64,000 nucleotides of DNA from Phoronis australis (Eukaryota > Animalia > Phoronida). Where the stretch lies: contig NMRA01000160.1 in the NCBI GenBank assembly GCA_002633005.1, positions 269,640-333,639 of the forward strand, given 5' to 3'. Positions 27,140-39,697 of the stretch are shown piece after piece. The notes beneath the pieces are model-generated. The model saw only the letters and a program-made list of their open reading frames with translations, searched no databases and had not been told where the DNA came from. The position numbers were made by a program, and so were the translations under genes. Each line of letters begins with the position of its first letter. Position 1 is the first letter of the stretch.

Positions 27140-27290
27140 GTTGGCTTATCCGCATAGTTGTATTCCGCGTTGCTCGAACAGCTCGAAAAAATATGGAAAT
27201 TCATCTGTCTGTTACAATCCCTATGGACGTTGAGGTTCGGAAGCGTTGGGCCGTTGCCATACGCCGCGACGAAGGAAAATATGTCCGTGT
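27140..27290 (+). pseudogene. THAP-domain N-terminal remnant (transposon-derived)
   Basis: SCIPRCSNSSKK, frame change, then IPMDVEVRKRWAVAIRRDEGKY, fitting the THAP C-x-x-x-C...P...R..W pattern. Confidence 0.55.
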
Positions 27291-28419
27291 AAAATTTCTA
27301 AATGTTTTCGAAAAGTTAGTTCATATTTTGTCGCATATCGGTAGTGCCGAGCATCACAACTGGGGAATCTTCGGCCAGACAGGCACTGTTTTCATGACTA
27401 CGGGTTAAAACATGATGTATTTTTCTCTCCAAAAAGGACAGGTCCACAATCCCTCGATTTTGGGGCCGAATTCATCGTCCCTATTCTCCTCTAAAATATT
27501 CAAAAATCACGCGAAATTCCCCACACGAATCCCCAAAAAATTCCCCTAGCGACTGAAAATTTCTCTTTGAAGTTCGAATCATCTAACCACACACAGGTTA
27601 CAATTTGAAAGAGCACAAAATGCTACTTGAGACAGAGCCTATCAGAACTTGCAACAGGGCGGATGGTGATCGGGAGGTAGATTTTTCCCCTCACTCGGCG
27701 AAAAAATTCCCCTCTCAGGAGGCATAGGCACCTTTACCCTCGGATGAACGAGGCCCCTGAAGAAACATGATAACTATGCTTGCTCTGTCCAGTTAACTAA
27801 AACTGAGCTCTAAAACGAGGTTATGATTTGGACGAATGAATTAGGTGTTTTAATTTTAAAATTCAACTTGGTCCAGATTTACATTTGAAACCTGACACAT
27901 GAAATAGAGGTAAGAATTATTAAAACCAAGAAAGCAGAATTGATGGTCAAATACTTTTTATTTTCAATTACCAGCCTGGTTATTTAATTCAATAAAAATA
28001 TATTTAATAACATCAATTATTCTTTCAGATCAATGACAAATCAACTATTAGTCCCGGTAGTCCCTACCTCACCTGGACCTAAGCTATGCTTGGTCAACAA
28101 AATAAACCAGATGTGACTAATTGGACATCACAGCAAAATGTGATGAGCCACCACTGTTGAATATATCTTTAACTCATCAACAATACAAGCACATGGCCTG
28201 GTTCGCGTAGAAAGCATTATCAACAATTTACAAGAAGAAACGTAACCCTGCATTCACCATAATACCTAATCTGTAACACTACGATCGCCACCGACAATTT
28301 GGTCATATTTACTTTTCAGTATGATTCAAACCCAGTTTTCTGAAAAAATACCCTTTCGTCAGACAACTTTTTGGTGCATTGACTTGTTCTCTAATGTATT
28401 TTTCTACATCTCTGTACTT

Positions 28420-28607
28420 AATTATTGTGGGTTGTTTTTTGTTGCAGGTACGGCAACGAAAACGAGATTTACATGCTGATACCATGTGCTTTCCAAGACA
28501 GTTGAAACAGGCTTTCTTCTTTTTTATGGCAGCGATTTTTTCGTCGTACGAGGCCATTTTAGGGCAGGAATGAGAGTTATGTGAGTGATCATCACAATAT
28601 AAAGATA
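28420..28607 (-). mobile_element. BEL/Pao LTR retrotransposon gag remnant, 3' part (zinc knuckles)
   Basis: LYCDDHSHNSHSC...CFNCLGKHMVSACKSRFRCRTCNKKQPT matches the triple Cys/His array of BEL/Pao Gag. Confidence 0.75.
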
Positions 28608-30125
28608 TAGACCGGCAGCCCAGAGCACTTAGCATAGATGAACGAGGTACCAACATCTGACCACGGGAGCATTTAAAGTCCACCACAGTATGTACAGAAA
28701 TGGACGTCTGCCGTTGTCTTCACTCTGGGTGTGACCCCTGGGGGCCTTACAAAGACCCCAAAAATGAGCTAGACTAGATATTCGAGGTACCGGCCAAAAC
28801 TGATTTTAAACGAACAATAGTACCGCACTGAACACCAAACGACCCATGACAGACAAATTGCACTCTGGAATGGGTCCAGTAGAAACCAAAAAGGACCCCC
28901 CAAAATGAGCTAGCACATACATTCGAGGTACCACACAAAACCAATTCCATATGATTCAATACATGTCACAGATAACTAAAACCCCTATGACAGACAAAAT
29001 ACAATCTGGGTTGTGCCCGGCAGAAACCCCCAAAAATCTCAACCAAGGTATGCCATCAAAAATTTGAGCTAGAATAGATTTTCGAAGTACGGGCCAAAAC
29101 TGATTTTAAACAAACAATAGTACCACACTTAACTCCAAAAGACCCATGACAGACAAATTGCACTCTGGAATGGGTCCAGCAGAAACCAAAAAAGGACCTC
29201 CCCCCAAAAAATGAGCTAGCTTATACATTTGAGGTACCTCACAAAACCAATTCCATGAGGTTCAACACATGTCACAGGTCACTAAATGCCCTATGACAGA
29301 CAAAATACACTCTGGATTGTGCCTGGAAGAAACCTCCAAAAATCTCAACCACAATGTATGCTATCAAAACTTTGAGGTACATTAGATACCCGAGGTACCG
29401 GCTAAAACTGACTTAAAACCAATAATCCACCAGATGACCCATGACAGACAACAAATTGTGCTCTGGAAGGCGTTCACCAGAAACTCAGTTACACCGTAAA
29501 AGAAGCTAGGTCATCATTCGGGGTACCACAATAAACAATTCCGTGTGATTCAAATAGATGTTACCAGTTACCAAATACGCTATGACACTTAAAACCCAGT
29601 GTGGGTTGTGCTCGACAGCCCCAGAAATCTCACCTACCGGTCAGTAATTTTGAATATATATGACATATTAGATATTGAGCTTATACTTTTGCGTTTACTG
29701 AGCTCTCACACTGGATGTCAAATGGATGATGGCGGAGAGTAAGCATTTTGGAAAGTAGTGATAACAGTAAAACTTTGGGATACCAGGAACTGTCTAAAAC
29801 CAACCCACTCAGTGAAGTTTAAGAACACAGATTTTGTAAAGTATAAAACGCTATCAAAACTGCCAGCAGAAAGGATACGTCAGCGACAACACATGGCCCC
29901 TAAATTTGCGCTAGATCGAGGAACCACGAAAATTATTTCCAAGGAGCCCTTTCATCTCATTGACTACTAAACAATACGTTGAAAGAAAAGTAACAGACGT
30001 GTTTTTAAAAACCTTCTTTAATCAAAATAAAGTACATGAAATAGAGCAACACTTTCAAACAGCATAGTNNNNNNNNNNNNNNNNNNNNNNNNNNNNNNNN
30101 NNNNNNNNNNNNNNNNNNNNNNNNN

Positions 30126-30297
30126 AAAAAAAAACAGGGTACCACCTTCAGTACTGTAAACTGTGCGTCTGCGCCTTTTTAATGGACTTTTGTCTCGTTT
30201 CCACGGACTGTTTGTTTCTCTGAGGCTGACCTTTTTTCCCACTTCGCCTAATGGGGGGCTCCTTCGAGCCCCCCGAGCCCCCCTGGGTGCGCGCATG
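30126..30297 (+). mobile_element. Partial CATGCGCGCA-family MITE next to gap 30069-30125
   Basis: Aligns with 630-810 and ends gggtgcgcgcatg. Confidence 0.6.
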
Positions 30298-30429
30298 AAA
30301 TCTCGCAACCATTTACTGTTTTTTGACGTGAAACTGGGCATTTTGGTTTAACAGTATGAAAACATTTGAAATTATTTTCGTTGCTTTTATGAACTATATT
30401 TTATCAATTACAGTTATTACCTTGTTCAT

Positions 30430-30720
30430 TTTTCCGGTCGTCTCTATTAATTTCAGATATCGGCGCTTCATTGACATCTTTGACTCCTCCCTTCATTAAA
30501 TAGGAGGCATATGTCTTCTAACTTTCTTCCGTCTGGGACATCTACGCTTATTAACTCTGAGAAGAAGCTGATAAGTGTCCCAGATGAGTCTTTCATCAGG
30601 ATTTCCAGAGGCTCCCCTTTCCCTTTCCTAAACAGTGCTGCTGTGACGTCAAACCCTGTCATTGCATGCAATTTTCAGGCAATGCTGCAGCGAGACCTCT
30701 TGTTACCGAAACACATCGTT
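30430..30720 (-). pseudogene. XPG/FEN1-like H3TH domain remnant of the Academ protein
   Basis: LHAMTGFDVTAALFRKGK resembles the HAxTGCDxxSxFxGKGK motif; downstream, after a frameshift, ICLLF/VKDVNEA. Confidence 0.7.
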
Positions 30721-31369
30721 GTTTATATATTTATTTAAATAGCACTGAGACTCCACCGCGTGGCTGCGCACCAAATTAGGGGTGATTTGTATTTTATCAC
30801 GGAAGACATTATGTCGGCCATCGACAAATGACTCCCCGAAAATAGAACATTGCAAACACTATACACTACACTGAATTTCGACATCATGTAAAAATTTCTT
30901 CAAAAAGTTACCACTAGGCGAGTTAACTGTCTTACATCTTGACACCCGTCTGCTTTTCGCTTGTAGTGATCCTGAGAGTAAACACAGGCTTTAGGGAACG
31001 AAAGTTGTTTATAATCAGTTTTTGTTTCCTGCGGTCCCGCTTTTTGTAGTTAACTTATTAAATACACAACTTTTGTCACCAATTTTGTACTTCGATTTTC
31101 GTGATGCAATTTTTTAAATGTTTATTACGAAATCTTTAGAATACAATGAATATACATAACCCAGAAAGCGCCAAGAGGCATTAGATCTGGGTAAAAAATA
31201 CAAAGAAGTCTATATACAATGATTATATACGAATACATAAATAAAAAAAAACTGATGTTAAGAATACAATGATATATGACAACGAATGAAAATAATTCAT
31301 TTTCATACAGATGTATAAAATTCTATCCACTCACACAAGGAGATTTAATGTTTTAAAGAAATTCTGATA

Positions 31370-31700
31370 CTATTTCAAATAAAACCTTATTTTCGTTTGA
31401 GTTAAGTTCTTGACATTCATATAGAAAGAAATTTTGTTGTACAACTGCGGAATTTCAGAATATTTTTTATAAACATTGGGGTATTGTTCGAGTGCCTGGA
31501 AGAGCTGTACCCTCTCCTCCTTGCATACCTCACAAGCAAAGAAAACATGAGGATATGTCTGGGTATCTCCACAGAGAGGCGAAATATTATTAAAATTATG
31601 TCTAAATTTCTCGTTGTTTTGGAATAGACCACATCTTGATCTGTATAGGGTTATTTCATGGTTGCGGGGAAGTTGGAATAATGTCAATGGGACTGGCAAG
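31370..31700 (-). mobile_element. 3' fragment of a non-LTR retrotransposon nested in the Academ element
   Basis: ITLYRSRCG...SPLCGDTQTYPHVFFACEVCKEERVQL resembles the C-terminal zinc-knuckle region of LINE ORF2. Confidence 0.5.
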
Positions 31701-32687
31701 TCTGGAGTAGTGGTGTGCAATTTTTAATATCTTGTCCAGTTGTCTGGATTTCCCACCCGAGTACTTGAACTAGCAGGGGAATGCTGCATGAACGATTGTA
31801 CCTTCATTTTTTAAGGTCATTTCTGGGTTTTTGGCAGATTATTTCCGAGTAAAATTTGTCTTTCACAGGTCATTGGGTTTTCAGTGCAGCACTATTATTG
31901 GTTTTAAACCAGTTTAAGCCGATACCTTGAAAATCTAACTGTCTCAAAAATGGCAAACCGTGGTTGAAATTTTTTAGGGTTTCTGCCAGGGACAATCCAG
32001 AGTGTATTTTGTCTGCCGGTCATAGGGCATTTAGTGACCTTTGACATGTATTGAATCTCATGTAATTGGTTTTGTGGTATCTCGAGTGTATGTGCTAACT
32101 CATTTTTGGGGGGTCTTTTTGATTTCTGCCGGACCCATTCCAGAGTGCAGTTTGTCTGTCATGGGCCATTCAATGTTCAGTGCGGTACTATTGTTCGTTT
32201 TAAATCAGTTTTGGCCGGTACCTCGAAAATCTAGTCTAGATCAAATTTTGATGGCATACCGTGGTTGAGATTTTTGGGGGTTTCTGCCGGCCACAACCCA
32301 GAGTGTATTTTGTCTGTCATAGGGGTTTTAGTGATCTGTGACATGTATTGAATCATATGGAATTGGTTTTGTGTGGTACCTCGAATGTATATGCAAGCTC
32401 ATTTTTGGGGGATCCTTTTTTGGTTTCTGCCGGACCCATTCCAGAGTGCAATTTGTCTGTCATAGGTCATTTGGTGTTCAGTGCGGTACTATTGTTCTTT
32501 TTAAATCATTTTTGGTCTAGTCTAGCTCATTTTTTGGGGTCTTTGTAAGGCCCCCAGGGATCTCACCCAGAGTGCAGACAACGGCAGACGTCCATTTCTG
32601 TACATACTGAGGTGGGCTTTAAATGCTCCCGTGGTCAGATGTTGGTACGTTGTTCATCTATGCTAAGTGCTCTGGGCTGCCGGTCTA

Positions 32688-32845
32688 ATACCCGCTGGTA
32701 TTGACGAGTCGTAGTCTGGCGGTTTTGTTGACCTCTTGCATTAGTGTGGAAGGTGACGCTTCCGTAAGGTGGCGAGGCGAGCGGTTCACTGGCATTCAGA
32801 ATTTCAATTTCTGTTTTTAGAAATTTGCGCAGTTGCTCAAGGGAC
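32688..32845 (-). mobile_element. BEL/Pao gag remnant, 5' part
   Basis: SLEQLRKFLKTEIEILNASE...QYQRV joins in frame to SLYCDDH at 28607 once the Academ element and one ATA are removed. Confidence 0.7.
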
Positions 32846-32859
32846 TTATCAAGATCGAT

Positions 32860-33680
32860 AGGCTTTGGTTATCACATACCTCCCGCCTCTATAAATGAAA
32901 TTTCGCTAAGCAAAGAATTGAATTTACAACTTCCAATCTACAGCCTGAATCTCCAAACAAGGCGGTGGACATAGTTGACTGCAGAGAGAAATCGCACTGA
33001 TTTATCATCCATGTTTTTAAATATCTCCAAAAACTCTGGGCAAGTGAACATTTCCAATACAAATGTAGAATTTTTTCTTCGTGTTGCTCACGGAAAGAAC
33101 ACAAAGACGATTCACAAACACCTTTTTTCTTTAAATAAGAGTTTGTACCAATAAGTCTGTGGTTGATACGGAATTGAAACCATCTGAGTCTGATATCGGA
33201 AGTACAACGATAAATTATAGAATGAATTTTTTTCCAAGTCTGAGTATCACCAACCAAATTAATTTCTCTCTCCCACTTCAATTCCGCGAAATGTTTTACA
33301 TACAATTTGGAAAGGAATAATTGATAGATTTTCCCGTGCCTTTTTTCCGAGGAGATTCGAAAAATATGTTCTGGAAAAAGTGGAGTGACTATAGTACTCT
33401 TGTCTCTTAGATGATTCCAAGAACGAAGTATTGACCTTCGAATTCCTTAAATATGAGTAATACAAGGCAAAATTGAAAACGTGTACAAAAGGTATGATAA
33501 TCATCAATATATCCTTTATCGGTGTCACTTAAATCGTACACGTATAGTATACCCTTTTGAAACTAGTCGTTCCAAAAAATTGGACTGTTGTCTATTCAAC
33601 TTTTGGGGTTATACCACAAAGGTTGGTAAAAAAGGGTCATCTTTATAACACAAAACTATTCTGAATACGATTAGCTACTT
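32860..33680 (-). mobile_element. L1/Tx1-clade LINE ORF2 C-terminal fragment (zf-RVT region)
   Basis: QPLWYNPK...KGILYVYDL and KWERE...W...LRWFQFRINHRLIGTN...CSF...HLYWKC...FW motifs, interrupted by stops or frameshifts. Confidence 0.8.
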
Positions 33681-35479
33681 TACGGAAAAACAAGACCCTA
33701 ACTGAAAAGGATCATGCCAATCAAGTTAATAATCGGTTGTGGCGGTGGACAGGATTGTTCATCCATGAACAACCCTGCCCATGTGGCACATACTGAGCTA
33801 CAACACCACGTTCCTTACAATAACTTTTTTATCACGCCGGCTGGTCTGCTCACTCAGCTTCTCCGGAATCTGTTGTTATAGCCCAGTTGGCTGTTTAATG
33901 TACCCACTTGGTATTTTATTATATTATATTTGCCCATTTGGCGGTTGTACCCCTTTGGTACTTGTTATTGAATTTGCCGTTTTGCTCTACCCAGTTGGTA
34001 GGCAATCGGCCAATACCCATTTGGTATTATGTACCCGTTTGGTAGTATGCTAACCTGTGCCACTTTGTATCCGATACTCAATTACACTTTGGGTATCGTA
34101 AATGTGTGTGTGTTATCTCTTGTAATTAAGGAACCCATCTGGTTCCTTATGTGAAATATTCATTTGTAGAGCTGTGACCCTGAAATTCCCAATACTAAAA
34201 TATATATTATTGTTGTTGTTTTATTTGTCCCCAATAATAATCCCAGCCAATCGGGATGCGGGAACATATAGTAACAGCTATAGATGGTTTAGCGATATGC
34301 ATGGACACTTGCGATGCGATATACGGAAAACGAACGTGGAAAAGCGCCTGAAGCTGATCCAAGCAGATAGTAGGCTTCGCAATCACCTGAATATCAGCAA
34401 AAAACGAAAGAAATTCACTTTGGTAAGGCTTCACAAGCAGTTTTGTATTTTATTTTCTAGCAAATAATGTAAATTAGCCATTAAGCGTGTGACATCAGGA
34501 AACGTGGCTTCCTCGACATCCCAGAAACTTTCTTATTCCTGAAAGCAGACCAACGGTGAACGTTAAAAACTTTTAATTGCAGTAAAACTGCATGGAGGTT
34601 ATTTTTTCTCACCTCCACTTGTGAAACGAAATGACCTATTGGAGCATTAAAAAAAAAAATTTTCACCGCACACAGTACAATGCGACGCAAATAATGGTAC
34701 CCGTTTCAATCGATCAAGCACGTTTGATATAAGCTTGACACGTCAACTGGCTAGTGGTTTGGGTAAAGCGGTATACAGCTACGTGCTACGTTTCATTCCA
34801 CAACACTCATTTTGATAATACGATTCGGTTTAGTAACAGTTTCAGTGAAGTATGACGTAAACTAAGGAAAAGAATCTATTGCTGTAACTGGTACTCTTGC
34901 GATTAAGGATTTCCCTCACGTTGATCTTGTGCTTATGGGACCGTCGCAACCAAATAACTTTGCGGGTCCTGACTGCGTTTGATTGTCGGAACTATCCTTT
35001 ACACTGTAAAATTCATTCTCCAGCGTAGACAGCGCTATGCATAAAAGTAATTCCGCTCATGTTATGAAAGGGCAACCAACCCACGCCTTGTGCCAAGAAG
35101 CCAACTTTTAATTTTGGCTTCTTACCGTTATAAAATCGGCGTCATCCAGTGCCTAGACTATTCAGATTTATCTAAAAGGAACTAAAACTTACTCGGTTTT
35201 ATGGACAAAAGTGTATTTTTCCGATTATTGCTCTAAAACAGCAAAATCCGCTGTGCTTTGTGATTTTGCGTGGATGGAGAGAGAATGATAAAATACTGCA
35301 TGATTTTCACCTTTTCTCCGTTCAACGTTGCTCTGTTGAACTTCAGGCCCGTAGGAAGGGGGGGGGGGGGGGGNGGGAGCACAAACCATTTCGACTTCGC
35401 CAAACTACGACCCCCCTCATCGCTTCCAACTCCGCCACCTCGCTCGCGCCCCCGTGCTCTCGACGCCACCAGTCATGAC

Positions 35480-35920
35480 GTGGACGGGAATCAGGCAATC
35501 AAAAAATTCAGTTTTGAAGAACAAAAATCCATTGCTCAATACTACGAGAAAATAAAAACACCAAGGAAATAGAAAGACAACATTTCCAAGCAATGAGTTT
35601 AATTTTATTTATTTAAGGACTTTTAAAACTTTTTTTCGATCTACGGTTTGTAAGTCTGAATTTCATCAATGTCTTTAAGAGTTAGGCCTATTTTAGACAG
35701 GCAAAATCTTCTAAGTGTACTTTACTATTTGGGGATCGGAATACAGAGTTTTTCCAACTTCACGCTGCAATTTAATTCACTGAAACATCATCATTTCGTA
35801 CAAGATTAGTTTCTGATTGTCAAAAATCATCTATGAATCTATCGATTTTCGTAGATACATAAACATGTAAAATAGGAATCAACGAATTTGTTTATCAAAA
35901 CGGAAGTCATAAGCAATTTC
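35480..35920. repeat. Repeat family X copy
   Basis: Aligns directly with 52205-52380 and 52840-53060 (for example aatcatctatgaatctatcgattttcgtagatacataaacatgtaaa). Confidence 0.65.
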
Positions 35921-36110
35921 CGCAGGCATGCTCGCAGATTTTTGAAGGGTAACCGGGGGAACATGGGAAATGGGGTATTCGTATTTTGAACTCCACTGAC
36001 AAAAAAACACTGGAATCATTGAGAGTTTTTTAAGTACCCTCTTTCGACATGTACGCGGTCATCACAAATAGCAGCCTAGACAGCAGTGTTTTCCAAATGT
36101 TGGTAGTAAC

Positions 36111-36349
36111 CATGCGAGCACCCAGGGGGGTCGGAAGGCTCGGACTAGCTCCCCATTTGGGGAAGTGGGCAGTCCGAGAAAACGAGACAAAAGTCCACTA
36201 AAAAGGTAAAAGAAAGGAATTCGGCAGGAATGTTCAATTCATAGCTCTGATCGTAGTACCCCGTTTTTTTTACTCCCCGTTTTTTTAGTAAAAGGTCCAC
36301 ATTTTCAAAAATTCGAGCATCCCTGTATTTTAGACTTGATGCGCGCATG
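36111..36349 (-). mobile_element. CATGCGCGCA-family MITE
   Basis: TIRs catgcgagca / tgcgcgcatg; flanked by GTAAC on both sides; inverted homologue of 560-810. Confidence 0.7.
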
Positions 36350-36462
36350 GTAACCATCTTCAAAAGAGATACTATTCTTGTGATACTATGGGAAACGGTA
36401 ACATTATTTTATAACTAACCATCAGAAATAGTCCTTTTCTTTAATTCACAAATAGTATCGGT

Positions 36463-37507
36463 GGCCCGTCGAGGAGAAAATGTCTCCGTAAAATTACGCT
36501 CGTAATTACGAGCTTAAATTAATTGCAAAAGTGTTGCGGTAAAATTACGCTCGTACATTAAATGGGGGAAATGTCGCCGTAAATTACGCTCGTAAAATAT
36601 CTGAAGAACGTTCCAAGAATTTAAACCAATCAGAGTTAACCTAACACACATGAAAAACCAATATGGCAACGAATGGACATGGAGATGGCTTTCTTGTTGA
36701 ATGTGCAACGACATGTAAATGACATTGCACCTGGAAATCTTATGGCCGCACCAAATAGATTAATCTAGCTAGAAATTGCGATATTTTATTTTGCTAATAA
36801 CGATAACAAGGACAGCCATTGTAATTTGTGTCTGTTTTCAATGTTATTAATTATTAAATAATCTTGGCTTAAATTACGCTGCACAATGAGAAGTCAGTTC
36901 CAAGAAATATGGTGATTCACATGCTGTGCACATGGACCGGTCTTCCGCCTGTCCCTTCTTTTTCTTCGTTTCAGACCCACCCACCACACGTTGCACTCAC
37001 TGTGACCTTTTATCTAGACGAATCATTTAATGACTCGGTAGGAGCGCACTGAGTCGATGATTTTTACTCCCGGAGCACCGAGACGCGAACCAAACTTAAC
37101 CTTTTAATTCATGATAAAAACAATACAGGGAAGAGAAAATTGATTCATTTTCATCTGGGAGAAGATAGATTGCTTTTGCGCTCCGAAAATTTGCTAGCCA
37201 CTGGACTCACTGCTCACTGGACTGTTGCTACATGGGCAATTCGCTCGTGCCCAGCAGCGATTTGATCCGGTTTGATTCAGCGCTCGTATGTAGACACGTA
37301 ACCCGTCAGCAAATTAGTACTTGCATGAGCGTGCGCGACCGTGAGTTGAAAAACTGCACGTCATTGGCTAAAAGTATTAATTAAATTACGAGCGTAATTT
37401 TACGCCGTTAAGAATTAAATTACACTCCTACGTCTACGCTTAAATAACGGCGTAATGTACATAACTATGCTCGTAATTTTCCGGCGACACTTTCCCCCCA
37501 ACGGCCC
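36463..37507. mobile_element. Non-autonomous TIR element (PIF/Harbinger-like termini)
   Basis: ggcccgtcgaggagaaaatgtctccgtaaaattacg versus cgtaattttccggcgacactttcccccaacggccc; repeated aaattacg subterminal motifs. Confidence 0.45.
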
Positions 37508-37794
37508 ATCATAAAATAGTGGTCTTTACGTTCTTCAAAATTCCACCCTTTCGATGGCAGTAAATCCTACTGCATTTTTTCACATTTTTTAGATGTTTGG
37601 GTCGAATGTCTTAATACTGCTGTGCTGGGCACGAATGTTTTGTGTTTTTTGATGAATTTGGAATCTCAAATTCCTTCGAGAATTCTTGGCAGTGTCGAAT
37701 TTACGTGAATAGAGGGACAAAGGGACATTCCCCCCGAGAGAGGGTCCCGTCTTAAATGGGACACCTTAAGATGAAAGCCTAAACATCATTAAGA

Positions 37795-37821
37795 TCCTGG
37801 GTTCGAGTCCCGGTCGGGTGC
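37795..37821 (+). mobile_element. tRNA-derived SINE head fragment (B box only)
   Basis: cctgGGTTCGAGTCCcgg T-arm/B-box; no A box or cloverleaf visible upstream. Confidence 0.4.
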
Positions 37822-39697
37822 AGAAATCTTTTCGGACCTATATTCATTAGGTTACGTGATGTGACCAAAAAGATGGCGGCTATGTTTAATAAGAGGCCAT
37901 AATTCTGCATAAAGTGGAAACAGGTGTTGCTTACACTTACGTTTACTCTTGATTAGTCAAAGAGGTAGCAGGGTAGTAATTTATCTTGAACACCATTTTT
38001 AAATGTTGCCCCCTTTGAAGTCTTTTATTTTGAGTTTCTATCCCAGAAGTTATGATAAAGTAGGGCAGCAGACAATGTACCAAGCCGAATTCAATTCTTT
38101 TTACATGAATTTGACACTACAATGTGAATGTTTTGCCTGACTACCGTACTTGACTCTTATTACCTCCCATGGCATGGTCATGTCTCATGGTCATGGTCAG
38201 TTTGGCAGCCAAGGCGACCGAAGTGCTGGCAACTTGGATCAAAGCCAATCACCCAATAAGGCACCTGCATGCATGTACGTCTTTCTGAGTGCACATCTGT
38301 TTTTTGATTGTTGATAAACTGCGCCTGCACCCAGCATCAACAAATATTTTTGCTACGACAGTTCAGACCAACAGTAAGACGAACACTGGAATCAAGGAGT
38401 GTAGTAGTATAGGAGAGTTCACTTGTGAGTTCGCTGTTACCGCTACTACTAGCGACTCCAAGTGGTGAACAAGCTACGGTCAACCAGGAAGCGCCAAAAC
38501 AATGGGGACGGACGCATTTTGCAGAGCGATAAATTGCATGAATTGATCCACGAAAACCCCACACGTGTCATTTTGTAGGTTTCCTAAGGATCCAGAAAGG
38601 TAAGGATTATCTGTTATTCAATAATATGATACATTGTCTTTCATTTTGTGTGTTCTGTTCACGGTTGTTAGACAAGTCGATCGCAGTCCCGGTGCCCGGC
38701 ACTGTCTGTTGTCAGCAGTGTAGGCTAGACCTACTGGGCAGCCGGCGGAAGACGACTATGATTAACGTACGATGTGATCGTCAGCTTTTTGGATACATGC
38801 AGTCCATGTATTCCAAATCAAAATGTCACTCTAACGATCGCAGGGATAATTTTAGGAAAACATTCCCATGGCCATGGGTGAATATGAATCGTGGTGACAC
38901 GGCCATGGCACAATCACAGCCACAGGCCACAGGGCCTTTTAGTCTTTCATTAGTCAAGTCAGAGAATCTGTGGGTCTCGGTGAAAAGTTGTGCAGCCCTT
39001 AAAATATCCGTGGATCGACATTTGAGTCCTAGTTTTTTTAGTTGACACCAAGACGCTTTTGTCTCTATCACAATCNNNNNNNNNNNNNNNNNNNNNNNNN
39101 NNNNNNNNNNNNNNNNNNNNNNNNNNNNNNNNNNNNNNNNNNNNNNNNNNNNNNNNNNNNNNNNNNNNNNNNNNNNNNNNNNNNNNNNNNNNNNNNNNNN
39201 NNNNNNNNNNNNNNNNNNNNNNNNNNNNNNNNNNNNNNNNNNNNNNNNNNNNNNNNNNNNNNNNNNNNNNNNNNNNNNNNNNNNNNNNNNNNNNNNNNNN
39301 NNNNNNNNNNNNNNNNNNNNNNNNNNNNNNNNNNNNNNNNNNNNNNNNNNNNNNNNNNNNNNNNNNNNNNNNNNNNNNNNNNNNNNNNNNNNNNNNNNNN
39401 NNNNNNNNNNNNNNNNNNNNNNNNNNNNNNNNNNNNNNNNNNNNNNNNNNNNNNNNNNNNNNNNNNNNNNNNNNNNNNNNNNNNNNNNNNNNNNNNNNNN
39501 NNNNNNNNNNNNNNNNNNNNNNNNNNNNNNNNNNNNNNNNNNNNNNNNNNNNNNNNNNNNNNNNNNNNNNNNNNNNNNNNNNNNNNNNNNNNNNNNNNNN
39601 NNNNNNNNNNNNNNNNNNNNNNNNNNNNNNNNNNNNNNNNNNNNNNNNNNNNNNNNNNNNNNNNNNNNNNNNNNNNNNNNNNNNNNNNNNNNNNNNN

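Larger units (their letters stand above)
28608..32687 (-). mobile_element. Academ DNA transposon (XPG-containing type), internally deleted
   Basis: Termini TAGACCGGCAGCCC...GGGCTGCCGGTCTA; 3-bp TSD ATA; ~800-bp TIRs (28608-~29426 and ~31893-32687) built of ~300-bp internal repeats; internal XPG-like remnant. Confidence 0.8.

Noticed and set aside
37795-37821. tRNA gene
   Set aside because: Only a T-arm/B-box is present; no D-arm, anticodon arm or acceptor stem.
38130-39075. ORFs of 75-139 aa before the 39-kb gap
   Set aside because: No recognisable domain or consistent exon structure.
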